Positions 48,690 to 60,959 of a stretch of DNA of 64,000 nucleotides are shown one piece after another. Under the pieces are notes generated by a model. It did no database searches and was not told where the DNA came from. It saw only the letters and a program-made list of their open reading frames with translations. A program made the position numbers and the translations under genes. Source of the stretch: Bilabrum cf. latius (taxonomy: Eukaryota); NCBI GenBank assembly GCA_965178125.1, contig OZ237767.1, positions 310,001 to 374,000 of the forward strand, in the 5' to 3' direction. Numbering within the stretch: the first letter of the stretch is position 1; each line of letters starts with the position of its first letter.

Positions 48690-51600
48690 ATGGACGTGAA
48701 CTATCAATTGAGTTCGCAGCACGGCGGAGCGACAGGCAGACATCAAGCAGTGGCATCAAGTTTAGCACGCAGCCCCTCAACCGGGATTGACGCGAACACT
48801 GTCCTGTGGGCCACTACTAGATTTCGGGTGCCGGCAGACCCCCACATAAAAGCAATAGAGCTTGATTTAGATCGTTCTTTTCGCCAGCTACAGTGGGGGG
48901 CAAGTTCTTCAGCCGTAGTAAGCCGTGCAGGTAGTGGTAGCGACGCTGTCAGCGCAACGCAACACGTGTAGACTTCACCTACTGACACTGAGCGCTCATC
49001 AATAGAAGAAAATGTGCTTGCTGGGCTAACTAAGTCGCATTGGCTATCCCAGCAATAGAATCTCGTCGGAAATGCAGCGGGAACTACCCTGGCAGCACCG
49101 GGTGACATGGACAGCCGAGGTCCATTGGTCGGGTGCTCGGCGGTGGATAAGCAGGATTATCCAGAGCCATGCAGCGCCGCTCCGCCAGTATACTATGTCC
49201 ATGGCAGGTCTGTAGGTAATTCTAGATCAGGTGCCGGTTTTGGGGCTCCTTACGTCCCGACTGTCGTGCCAGCAAACATCAAGTCGTCTGCAGCGCACCG
49301 CGGCTCTCCGTGGGAGCTGCTGCTCTAGTCCTGGATTGCGTCACAGAGTGCAATGCAGCAACGTCTTAGTAGATACTCTATGTAGGGCAGTTGTATTGAT
49401 CACAGCGACTTCCAACTCTCAGCAGCTAGGAAGAAAGGCGATGGTTCCTCCCCGGGCCAGCCGCCAAGCATGGCGAGCAATACTTCTAATGCTGAAGGGA
49501 GCGCATTGTTGGCGTCTGCTAATGCATCAACACCGCCCTCCTGGCTTCATTAGCACGCAATACACGTTGGGGGGGGTAACTAGCGTGATTTCGCAGGCAT
49601 GCGGTCAGTTCCAAAAATGTCCGGCGTCGCTGGCGGGCCTTTATTCTCGCCCGGTCCAGGATCGAGATCCAGATAGAGAAGCGCCGGGAAACAACGCTCT
49701 GTAGATGCTAGCGCTGCAGCTATGCGGCAGGGGTGTGCTGATCAGCGGGACGCTCTGCCGTAGAAGCGGCAAAGGCCAGTGGATTTCAGCGCTGCAATTG
49801 GCTCGCGGAAGCCCCCTCTTGACCTGCATGCCCGAGTTGCCCGAACACCCAATACTTAGCATCCAAAAAATGTGGGAGGCAGGTAGTCGCGTGAGCAGCT
49901 GCTTGCAGCCGAAACGCTCGCGCTCGGTTTGTCTTAGGACATGAGTTGGCAGGCTGCAGCAAGTGCTGGCATTGGCAGCGCATCTTTGCACCAGCGGCAA
50001 GGGCACGGAGTAGATGAAAACAGTTCGTTCGGGAGAGGCTATTTACATAGTCTGGATCAGCGCGTGCTGCCTGACGACTACCCGTCGTAGGGGGTTGACC
50101 CCATCAAGGGGCGCGCAGCATGGGGGATTTCCCCCTCCGCCTCTAGAGGTCCTCCCCCCATGACTGCAAGGGAGCAGTCATGGGCGGAAATGAAGCAGCA
50201 GGAGTGGATGCGCTAGAGGCATCCCCTGGCATCCCACTGGGAGAAGGGGTCCGAGCGCATGCAGCTGGCCCACCTGACGCATGGCCAATGGCAGTGGCAG
50301 CAGCAACAGCAGCAGCAGTGGCAACAGCAGTGGCAACAGCAGCAACTACATCAGTGGCAGCAGCAGCAGCAGCAGCAGCAGCATCAGCAGCGGCGGCGGC
50401 AGCAGCTTTGGCTCATGCAGCGGATGCAGTCGGGAGGCCTGATGGGTCCTGCATCCGGAGCCGAATAGCCGGTGCGAGTAGACCGACCCCTTGGCACGTC
50501 CGGCAGTGCTGGTCGTCCTGGCGTCAGACATGCGAGCCACAGCGGTGGTCAGAGTCACCACAGCGGTGGTCAGAGTCACCACCAGCACCATACAATACGG
50601 GAGGGGCTTGGGCGAAGTGCTGCGGCTGGTGGACCGCTGTGGTCACCCGCTCCTGCGTTTGGGAGTACTGCCCCAGGCGCACATCGCAGTGCCAGTGCTA
50701 GTGGTAGTGATGCTGGGGAGGGTGGTCACACTGTGCAGACCCCTTCCTACCCAGTACGTGGGGCTGTGGATGGGGCTGTGGGTGCCGGCACGGAACGGCC
50801 ATCCAGCGGTTCAGCAGCAACGGGCCTCCCCGGGGGCATCTAGGCCAGGAGTGTGGGCGAGTTCTAGGGAAGCCGGCCCCTGCGAGGCGCGCGCAAGGCA
50901 GCGCAGTCGGGTGTACGGGCCCGCAGGATGCAGGAGCGTAGCGGACTAGCGGAAGGAGAAGGAGAAGGAGCAGAAATAGGACTGGGTTGCGATCGAGATG
51001 GGTCGGGTGCGAGCTCTGGCAAAGAGCATGGCTTCAACTCTGGTGACTCTGCTCAACCAAAGTAGTACCGAGGCGTTGAGCGTGGCATTGGAGTTGAAGC
51101 CAGCTGGGATAGAGTCAACGGAGCTGGTGGGGGTGCGAATGAATTCGAGAGCCGGTTGGGAGCGGTAGAGGCTGCTGGTGCGGTTGGATTAATGCAAAGC
51201 AGTAAGGTATCCTCCTCATCCTCGAGCAGGAGCAGCAGCAGCAGCAGTGGTGCCAGTGCTAGTTCCTCTTCCGCTGGAGCCGGTATCCCGCAGCCTGCCA
51301 GCTGGCCGAGAGGATCGACCAAGAGCAAGTGGTTCTCCATCGTGATGAACTCCACCCGAGGGGGCGCAGACAGGGCAAGTGTGCGCCGCGAGAAGCAGGC
51401 AATCATCAGGAGGCTCTTCGACGACTTTGAGTTTGCGGCGCAATGCTCGCTGGAGCTGCTGCGCCGGGGGGCAGGAGGCACTGTGAAGGTGGCTGACCCC
51501 TCGGATTAGCCCGAGTCATTGGCCAAGATGGCCAGCACGCGCCGGTCGGCTGTCCGCTTAGTGCGCGGCTTCAATTACAGTGACATGGAAGAGTGGACTG

Positions 51601-51983
51601 AGAGCATGACCCACGGGTGCTGGGAGGTCAGAGCCGAGGACCAGCCCGCGGTACCGCAGCTCAATCAAGCCAAAGCATCTCGGGAGGCTTCTAGCGAGGA
51701 GCCAGGCACGCTGCCTTTTGTCCCGCCCGATCCTGCCGGTCGCCAGGTCCGCGGCTACCAGCTCTATATCGTGTTCCGGCCCGTTGGCGCCACCACCCGG
51801 CGGCCGAAGCAGTACCGCACTCCGGTGCAGCGGGGCGTGTCTGTGGCCAAGCTGCTGCGCGGTGGGACGGAGCGGAGGACGTCCATCTGTGCCAAGCTGA
51901 GGAGCGTGACCTCGCCGGACCCCAATGGAAACGAGGCAGTCTTGCAGTGGGTGGACGAGCTGCTAGACTACAAGGTAATCTAA
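48690..51983 (+). CDS. Unknown protein, paralogue B (1,097 aa; poly-Gln tract)
   Basis: Continuous frame with TAG=Gln; ends TAA; shares WF..VM.S.R, RLFDDF.F...CS.ELLRRG and QLYIVFRP blocks with paralogue A. Confidence 0.8.
51716..51925 (+). repeat. 210-bp direct repeat, copy 2
   Basis: Matches 47571-47780. Confidence 0.92.
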
Positions 51984-52829
51984 CCGCTTGCATGCGGCAG
52001 TCGGGGACCCGGGGTTGCGTAGATGGCGACACCTGCGTGAAGCGGCCCATCCGGTTAGCAGGTTCACTCGACATGGGATTGTCGAGGCGAATACTTGCAG
52101 ACTATCCTTTTGCTTTTAGCCTCAACATGGATCTATCCAACTGATTCGATCTGGATCTGGATGCAATTTAATTCCTCGGATCCGTTCTGGATATACTTTA
52201 GACATGTTCAGAAGATCTCACCCACCTAGCAAATCGAGTTTTCAACAGTTGGTAGCCCGCACACGAAACTTTACACATCTGGCTGCGTGTTGGCCTCTGG
52301 TTGATACCGGGTATCCGGGTATACGCTTCCTGCATAGCCAGGTTGGAACCGATTACAACAGGACTTAGCCTGGACCTAGACCCTACGGGAGGTCGAGAGT
52401 GCAGTCCAATGCTACCGTTGCCACAAGCACTGCCTGCCAAAATTATAGCGAGGGTGTACCTATGTTACTTGAATCCACTATATCTATCTGGATCCATTTC
52501 GGTTTCGAGGAAAAAGCTCAATGCCTCTGATTGCAGCGGTAAAGAAGGATTTTGGATCGTTGGTCCTTCGCGCGTGGCGGCCCGACCTTGTCTAGCTAGA
52601 TCTAGCTACTACCTATGGGATCACACGTCTGCTCCTGCACCTCGAGCGGGCCCTGCGCCCACCGCGCGACCTCAATCTCAGAGACCTTGCAGGCCTCACC
52701 AACGTAGTGCATAGCAGGGAGATCCGGATGGTCGCAAGAGTGCGCTTTTGCCGATTTTAGATATCATAACTGACCTCGTCTCCCTTTCTCGGCACGAAGT
52801 CCCTCATATAGTCTGAAAGAATGGTTGAA

Positions 52830-54520
52830 TCAATACACGGGACAGTATTTGATCCAGGCCGGGGTCCCATCAGGCAGCGGGTACTGGCCTTGTGCGTGAG
52901 TGGCCTCTGCCGCGGCATTGATCGCACTCATCACAGACACCTGCTGCGGCTTGGCCTGGTCCCAGATGTCGACCATCCCCAGGGAGCGCATCGCACTGCC
53001 ACTCATCGCAGGGTGGTCCACCCATCGGTACTTCACGTACCCTACGACCCAGGGCTGCTCCACCGCCTCTACGAGCGCGAAGGCCCCGTTGCACTGTGCC
53101 CTGTCGATCCACGAAAAATTTGCGGCTGCAGGCTCGCCGGGAACAGGGCAAGGGAACCCGCTGACAGCCGGGTTCTCGTAGTCCGGAAATTGCGTGAAGT
53201 TGCAGCACTTGAGTGGTATGGACGGGTCCGTGACCTGGTACGGGCACCCGCTGCCCTCCCATGCGTACTGCGATGCGTGGCAGGTGTGGTGGGGCTTGGG
53301 CGCAATGAGGATGCTGATCGATTGGCATCACGCTGACAGCGAATGCGCGAGAGCATCAGATAGGGGTACTGCGCTCGGGTAGGGCATCCGATCGGAGCAT
53401 GCGGTCACTCGTGCCTCACCTCTGCGATTAGTACCGGCAGCTGGGTGACGTCCCATGCCAGCTTCAGTCTTGCGGTCATGTTATACCTGTAGTTGTCGAT
53501 GGACACTACGTCCACAATCCCGATCATGCCCCTGTACACCGCTTCGTGCCTCGGGGTGGCAAACTTGCTGCCGAGCATGAGGTGGTTGCTGTCTCTCTGC
53601 CTCACCGCACTGGTTGTCGCGTTGAAGTACTGCCGGCTGTACTCCAAGAGGAAATCGGACTCGTCCTCGGCGAACTTGTCGCTGCAGAGAGCTAGGCCTT
53701 TCGCCGTGGTGAGCTGCCCGAGCAGCTGCTCCGATGTGAGATGCTCGCCCAAGCCCCACGCCTCCCCAGCGGCCTGCACGCTTCCGTGCTTTGCAACCGC
53801 CAGTTCCCACGCCTTGGAATACGTCGCGTAGGAGGCATTCAGGGACAGTGCGTACTGGAACGTGCCGATGTTGAGCTGCTTGGACGCGGGCTGCGGTGCT
53901 GCGGTGCCCTGCTACCCCAAGCAAGCGGCTGGCGGCCAGTGCTCGGGCTGCCCGCGCGCCGCCGCCCATCCCAACTCGTTGTCGCTGTAATAACCCACCA
54001 TCATGCGGTTGTTCTTATTGCGAGGGGCGACGGCATCGGCCTGCGCGTCGACGTGGGAGAGCCAGAGAGGCGACCAAACGTCCGGCATGTGCGAGAGATC
54101 ACCGAGTGACAGGTTCGCAGGGAGATGGTACGAAGCCTCGAAATCCACGCTGTACGGAAAGTTGCCTTCATCGGTCTAAAACTCGGGGGTGGCCCATGCG
54201 CCCAAGAAATTGAATCCCCACGAGCGCAGGCGGCGCCAAACGCTCTCTCGAAATGCCGGCTTCCCAATCGGGTCCCCATACCGCGCGGTCGTGGCGTTAA
54301 AGTACGGACCGATATCGCCTTCGTTAAGACCACCGGCGTTCGCACTTGTTACGCCTCGAAGAAACATCTTCTAATTCGTGCCTGGCTCGAGGAACCACCA
54401 CACGCCGTTAGAGTCCTTTGCAACTCGGAAGTATCCCTCCTATCCCACAACATCAGAAAATTCAGCCGCCAAGCCCAATATCACGCATGTAGTAAGTACG
54501 GCAAGGCGAATCATAACCAT
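52830..54520 (-). CDS. Secreted clan GH-A glycoside hydrolase, GH50/beta-agarase-like
   Basis: Signal peptide; GYFRV..GVWWF, RLRSWGFN, VGYYSDNELGW, D.NHLMLG.KF, DVVSIDNY, PVLIAE|Y. Intron 53268-53419; TAG readthrough; TGA stop. Confidence 0.8.
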
Positions 54521-54663
54521 TTATCGATTATGAATGCGCAAAACTGCGATTCGACACTGCACATTTCGGGCGCCGGAACCTTAACCGGAACTGCCGACGG
54601 ACTCTCTCGCCCACCCATGGATTCGCCGCGCTTGCGCAAGTCAAATGAAATCTCCATCTGTAT

Positions 54664-56965
54664 TCACGTCCTCGCTTTCTTGGCAGGCTGCTCCTCCTCT
54701 ACGTCCCCGCCACTTCCACTAAAGTGAGCCCCCTACGCCCTCGCTGCCTCTCTCCACGCCTCCCCAAACAAGGTCCCCAGGGCAGCAAGCACGCCCTCCA
54801 GACCCCCAATGGCTGAAACACCAGGTTGACTGTCGAGTCCAATCCCACCGCTGGGAGCAGGCAACACCCCGGCCGCCCGCCCCTCATCGATGGTCGCAGC
54901 GAGCACCTCGGCAAAGTCGCATCGGTCCTCGGGCGACACGCGAACTAGGCCCGGGCTCGACGTCGTGTGGGGGGCAGCCCCCGGTTCCTCACTAGGGAAC
55001 AGCGGCGGGTCTCTACCTGCCGATGGGGCCGCAGCCTCGACCTCTCCGCCGATCTCCACGCGCAGCACCCTAGCACTCGTCACACCTGGCATCACCACAA
55101 CGAGTCGGTTCTGCGCGGCCCACACGGCCGCGCAGCCGGTGCAGGGCAGCGGAACCACCGCCCCGATGCGCAGCGCCCGCCCGGACGCCCCGCCTACCGG
55201 GTCCGACCCCCCCTCTGCTGCTGCAGCCGATTCTTTCGCCTCCCCTAGCAAAGCCTCCAGCTGGCTCCTCAGGTCGATCACAGCGAGCCAGTACCGCCAG
55301 CCGCCCGCCGGTCCTCGTCCTGCTCCCTGCACCGCAGTGCGATACACCAGGGCGGCTCTTGTTCCCCCGGGGCAAATGTCCATGCCCTCGATGTCGAACT
55401 CCTGCAACCGGAACTCAAGATCTCCGATCGTGGAGGGCTTGGTCTTGGACGACTCTGCCGATCCTGTCGCTGCAGCTGCAGCTGAAGCTGAAAAAGACGA
55501 GGACGAGGAGGATGAGGAGGGAATGGTGGCAGCAGCAGCCGGGCTGGGCGCAGATGAGGCAGCCCTCTTGGACCCCGCCTGTTCCCCAGCCTGTTCTCCC
55601 GCAATGGGGACCCTGGCACCCCCAACACTCCCTGCCCCGCGCGGGGGCTCATGGACACCCCCCTCCCCTGACCCGAAAATGACCGTGTTCTCATCCGCCA
55701 GGTCATACCCGAACTGCCCCCTGTCGTCTGCAAGGGCGGGAGACCCAGGCAGCACGGCCCGTCCCACCTCCGTCCCGGCAGGAAGTTCGCCGACACACGA
55801 CTGCAGGATCGATCGCAACGGGTCCTCTTTCTTGACCTTTTCTTCAACATCCGCAGCACCTGTACTCCCACCCACCGTTGCCGATGCGCCTTCGCTGCCG
55901 GCTTCACCCGCAGCACCCGCAGCACCCGCCCCAGCATCCTCGTCGCGGACACCCACGAACCACACGCGCACCGTGCCGTCGGCAGAGGCGGTCACGGCCA
56001 ACTGGGCCGGGGCCTGCGCCTAGCGTGTGACGAGTGAGGTAGAGTCATCGGCCCCAACGGCCATGGGCTCAGCTTCGGATCCCGGGAGCCGAAGGAACCT
56101 TGCCGCGCACACGCGTGCCATGTGTCCCATGAGACAGCTCTGAATTTCGTGCCCAAACGGCAGTGCGATGCACCTCACTCTTCCGTCTCCGTCGGACGAC
56201 AGCGTCATGCGTCCGTCCGGGCTGAAATCCTGCGTCGCACAAAAGGAGACTAATCGGAACCTCGAAGCAGATTATGCAAGCACAATAAACGTCGGAATCG
56301 TTGCAATTTACATGGGACGATAAGCAGCACCAGGCTGGCCCAGCCTTCGCTGCTGGACGACACGCAGCGACTTCAACTGGTAGCAGCGTGCGTCCTCCCA
56401 GTTGAACGGGAATGACACGGCGTGCAATCTCTCACGACTTCGGTGAGGACACCCCCAGTGTGGCCATACAGCACCTTTTGCTTCCCACCGATGTCGGTGT
56501 CTCGTCGGAGGCAGAGGTTGCCAAGCTTGTCGCCTACCAGCACAACTGAGGTCGGACCAGCGCCCGGGATGGCGACTCTTCCGCCGCACAGCGTCATCGC
56601 GCGCCGATGTAGCTTAGCTTGGCCGCCCTCTGATGGTTCGAGCGAGCCTTGGGCAACGACTGAAACTGTGCCATCCACGTGCGCAAGAACTACCTTGTCG
56701 TTTGGCATGCATGCCAGCGCTGTCAGATCGTTGCCAGCTGGAACTCCAGCAATTGCTCGGACTCTACCTGATACGCTCGTTGAATCTATACTGCGTGCGC
56801 AGAAGACCCTTACATGAGACAGGCATAAACTGAATCGATCATTTCACAGATGCGAGCAGAGCCGCACGAACCCACTCACTCTGAGAGCTAAACAAGCGCG
56901 TTGCCGTGGCCTATGAAGAGTCCACTATCGTCAATGGATCGACAGGCATGCAAAATGCTGAACAT
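54664..56965 (-). CDS. WDR4: tRNA m7G46 methyltransferase non-catalytic WD40 subunit (WDR4/Trm82-like)
   Basis: VGDKLGNL, LYGHTGGVLTEV|DFSPDG, SSDGDGRVR...EIQSCLMGH. Introns 56791-56879 and 56230-56435; ends TGA after TAG readthrough. Confidence 0.8.
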
Positions 56966-57102
56966 ATTCACAAAACTTGAGAATTTCCTCGTTTCTCGCA
57001 CTATTGATTATTTCCAGTGGTTGCGTGCTCTTTGTTCCCGAAGTGCAACTGCTGAATTTGCTCTGCAACAAGGTCATTCGCGCTTCAGTTGAATTAAACA
57101 CC

Positions 57103-58524
57103 ATGGCACAACTATCTTTACAGGCCCTATAGGCGGATGGTTTTTACATGCCCGCGGACTACGACCCCAAGAAGCACGGGAGCATTGACAAATTCGTTGG
57201 TAGCAAGGGGAGCTTCGGAGCCCGGGCAAACAAGCTGCATCTCGGCATTCTAGTTGTTCGGTTTGAAATGCCACATAACGTGTGGTGTCTAGGCTGCGGC
57301 GAACATGTGTCGAAAGGGATTCGATTCAACGCAGAAAAGAAACGAGTGGGCAAGTATTACTCGACCCCCATCTACGAGTTTCGAATGTCTTGCAGGTTCT
57401 GCCAGCACCCTTTTGTGGTTCGGACAGACCCAGAAAACAACGATTTTTCGTTCGAAAGCGGCCTGAAACGAAAGGCCGAAGGAGCATCGAAAGGAGTAGA
57501 GGAGGCGGCCGCTCGGCCGGGTGAGGCAGAACGCGAGGAGCTGCGCGGTGACGTGCTGTACAGCCTGGAGAGCGCCATTCAGGACAAGAGACGGGCCGAG
57601 GAGACGAAATCAAGTCTCGAAGCGGCCATGGAGCTGGCCGAGGAGGAGGGCGAGGAGGGCCCGTACGAGAGGAACCGGCTGGCGCGGCAGGTCGCTAGGG
57701 AGGACAGGAGGAGGGCGGCAGCGGCCGAACAGGAAGCGGACTCGCTTGGTCTCGCATCAGCCAGCCTGCTTCCCCGCCGCAGGAAGCGAGACATGAAGGA
57801 AGCCAGGGGGGTGGATTTTCTGGGGGATGCACCGGAGTCGAAGAGAAGGAGGGCAATGAGCGCGGCCTACGCCACCGCCTTGCACGCCCCCGTGCTGCCG
57901 CCTTCCCTGCCTTCGTCAACCCGGAATAAGAAACAGGAATCAGGACAGACCGGAACAGGCGAATCGTCGGGTGCTCGACCTGGGCATGCTGTGACCAGTG
58001 GTGTGACGAGTGCAGGCCCACCGGCACCGTCCTCCCAGGGCCAGGGGCATGGGCATGCTGCCTCCAATGCATGCTCCGGGCCTAGACCACGAAGCGACCC
58101 ATCCTCTTCTCCCTCTCCATCTCCCTCATCTTCATCTTCCTGTATGAAACCCAATGGCCCTTCAGGCGCTAGCACAGCACAGGGTGCACCAGCCACCCGA
58201 GGAGCTGAGTTGAGCGGGAGCTAGATCTAGGCATCGGGCGGGGCCGCTGCCGGTGGGTCGCAATCGGCAGACAGGGGCAGCTCTGCATCAAGAGAGTCGC
58301 AACGGGGCGTGCTGGTTGTGTCGAGAGGGAACAGTTCAAGCGCGGCTCGGCAGACCACCCGGGCCGTGCCACCAGTGGATGGGAGCGGTAGGCTGAGGCT
58401 GGCTGCATTAGAGGCGAGAGGGGTCCGGCTGTCGAGGTTCCAGCTGGCTGGGGGCAAGGCTAAGCAGAGGGGTGTTATGAGCAGCGGTGTAAAACTAGTG
58501 CGAAGGAAGAGAAAGAATGCATGA
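57103..58524 (+). CDS. CCDC130: CWC16/YJU2-family splicing factor CCDC130 (DUF572; 473 aa)
   Basis: ADGFYMP.DYDP, RFEMPHNVWCLGC, GIRFNAEKKRVGKYYSTPIYEFRM.C, TDPEN. Extended at both ends through TAG; TGA stop. Confidence 0.92.
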
Positions 58525-58669
58525 TCGAATGTTGGTCGTTGCGGTCTCTTGGTAGGCCAGTATGCTCGCAAGCCCCGTCCAAGATTCGCGGTGCCGCCGG
58601 TATGTGACTAGTGCGAAATCGCGCACGCAACTGATCGCTTTCATCCGACATTTCTAAGGTTTTCGAAGT

Positions 58670-60297
58670 ATGAAGGGTGCAGTAGCCCTCGCTGCGATTG
58701 TTACATTTGCTGCCGGACACCCAGCAAGCCAGTTTCCGGTGAATATCCACTGGTCGCTGAACGGGGGTGGCCCCGAACAGGTTAGTCCTTGTTTCCTTGG
58801 CTTTCGCGCCACGAGAATTCCCTTTCCTAACCCAACTCCTCCAAGTTTCTCCCCTACAATACCAACATATCACAGATTTGGATCAACTATGGCGCTGACC
58901 CTAGCGAGATGGTCGCGAACTGGGTGACGGCCTCGAACGCCTCGTCAGTCGTGGAGTATGGCGAAGCGAGCGGTTCATACACCGGCAAGGCTACCGGCGA
59001 CACGTCCGCCTACACTTTCGGACTTTACAAGTCTGGCGTGTTTCATCACGCGACCATGACGGGCCTAAAGGCCAACACCGAGTATTTCTACCGCGTGGGC
59101 GACGGCAGCTCGAGCTGGTCCCAGGAGTACTCCTTCCGCTCGCACCCGGGCGTGGGCCCCGATGTCGACACCACCTGGTTCGTGATGGGAGACCTCGGCC
59201 AGACCACGTACAGCAACGAGACCATCTGGCACGGCAAGGACGCTCAGCGCGAGGACGGCGCCCAGCAGTTCTTCATCACGGGTGACCTCTCGTACGCCGA
59301 TTCGGACGAGCAGAGGTGGGACTCGTGGGGCAGGCTCATGCAGCCGCTCGCAGCGACCGTTCCCGGCGTGGTGGCCTTCGGCAACCACGAGGTCGAGACC
59401 CAGCCCATGACCGGCACCAACTTCGTGCCGGCCAACACCCGCTTCAGGATGCCCTACCCCAAGGGATCCCCCGGGCTCAACAACTTCTGGGCCATCGAGC
59501 ACGGCCCCATCACGCTCCTGAGCATGGGCTCCTACATCGATTTCGACGAGTCGTCGCCCCAGTACGCCTTCATCAAGAGCACCCTTGAGAACGTGGACCG
59601 GTCAAGGACCCCATTCGTGGTGGGCATTGCGCATGCCCCGTGGTGTGAGTTGAGTCTTTATTGCCCTTGGTGGAGAGTGTGCAGGCCAGTGTTGCTGTGG
59701 AGGTGCTCTGTGCGGTGGCACGTTGCTGAGCACATGCGCCGCTGCACAGGGGACTAGGATGGCTTTCAACCATGCCATGGCATGGTCTCCGACGCCCAAC
59801 GCTCTTTACAGACCTGGTCGAGCGTACTGCACGATCTACATACTGCACCCCCCAGCCGCCGCCCCAAGCATCCCTCTCCCTATTCTAACTCGCCCCTATA
59901 ATTCGCCCTTTTAACTTGCCCCGCAGACAACTCCAACACGGTGCACCACACCGAGGGCAAAGCCATGCTGGCCGTGTACGAGGACCTCTTCTACGGGAAG
60001 GTGGACGCCGTGTTCTTCGGTCACGTGCACGCATACGAGAGGCACTTCCCCTGCTACAAGGACAAGGTCGACCCCAAGGCGCCCGTGTACATCACCATCG
60101 GCGATGCAGGGAACAGGGAGGGCCTGTACTCGGACTGGGTGAAGCCCACGCCTGCTTGCAGCGCGTTCCACAAGGCCGAGTACGGCCACGGCCTGCTCCG
60201 AGCGAACGCCACCGACCTGGTGTGGGAGTGGCATCGTGACGAGGATGCCGAGTCCGTGGTGTCGGACCGCACGCAGATCCACGCCCGGTCCGAGTGA
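58670..60297 (+). CDS. Secreted purple acid phosphatase
   Basis: Signal peptide; GDLG, GDLSYAD, GNHE, HAPW|YNSN, GHVHAYER. Introns 58781-58875 and 59645-59926; TGA stop. Confidence 0.95.
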
Positions 60298-60959
60298 TCT
60301 GTGATCCCCAATCCCCGGGGGTTCCAAGGAGAGGGCTTGGGCATGGCCTTGGCGGGGGGTTGATGTGGATCCATCGGGTGGTGGTCGCTAGCGTGCAGTG
60401 TAATGCACTTCTGAATGCTCGCGTCACACGCTTGGTAGTCCATACTGGGCTTGCCTTTGTCGCCGGGTAGCTAGCTGCGTTGGGCCAAAAGGGGTCTCGA
60501 AAACGCAGCTACTTGGGACCGACAGTGGATTCTTTCTGGATCTGCCACGAGTGTAGTAGTATTAAGTATTCCTACACTCAATCGATCATAAGCACAAGCC
60601 AGAAGACTTGCCTGCTCCAGCAGCCTCACACACTCGTCATGCCCTCCCAATCGAGCTGCTTCTAGTGGGGGCGCCAGCCGGGTCCCGCTCGCCCCGTCCT
60701 CTACATCGCCCTTCATTTCAATCGCGGCCTACCATCTTGCCCAGCTCAATCGCCCTCCCAGCTCCAGCGGCCTGCCCCACCCGCATCCCTCTTGGCTGCA
60801 TGTGGCCATGCCTCGCATGAAGCAGCCCGCCCCTATCCCCTCTTCGCCTCTAGTAGTGCCACGTGCTCCTAGTCCGCTCCCCCTCGGCGAGCTGCTGCCA
60901 ACCGCCGCGGGCCACATGGTGCAACGAGTAGGTGTCCCAGTGCGACCATCCGCCCCGAT

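Noticed and set aside
60471-60930. Ankyrin-like fragments (PLEAARLGGHDECVRLL)
   Set aside because: I could not build a coherent gene model or start; possibly a remnant, but too weak to call.
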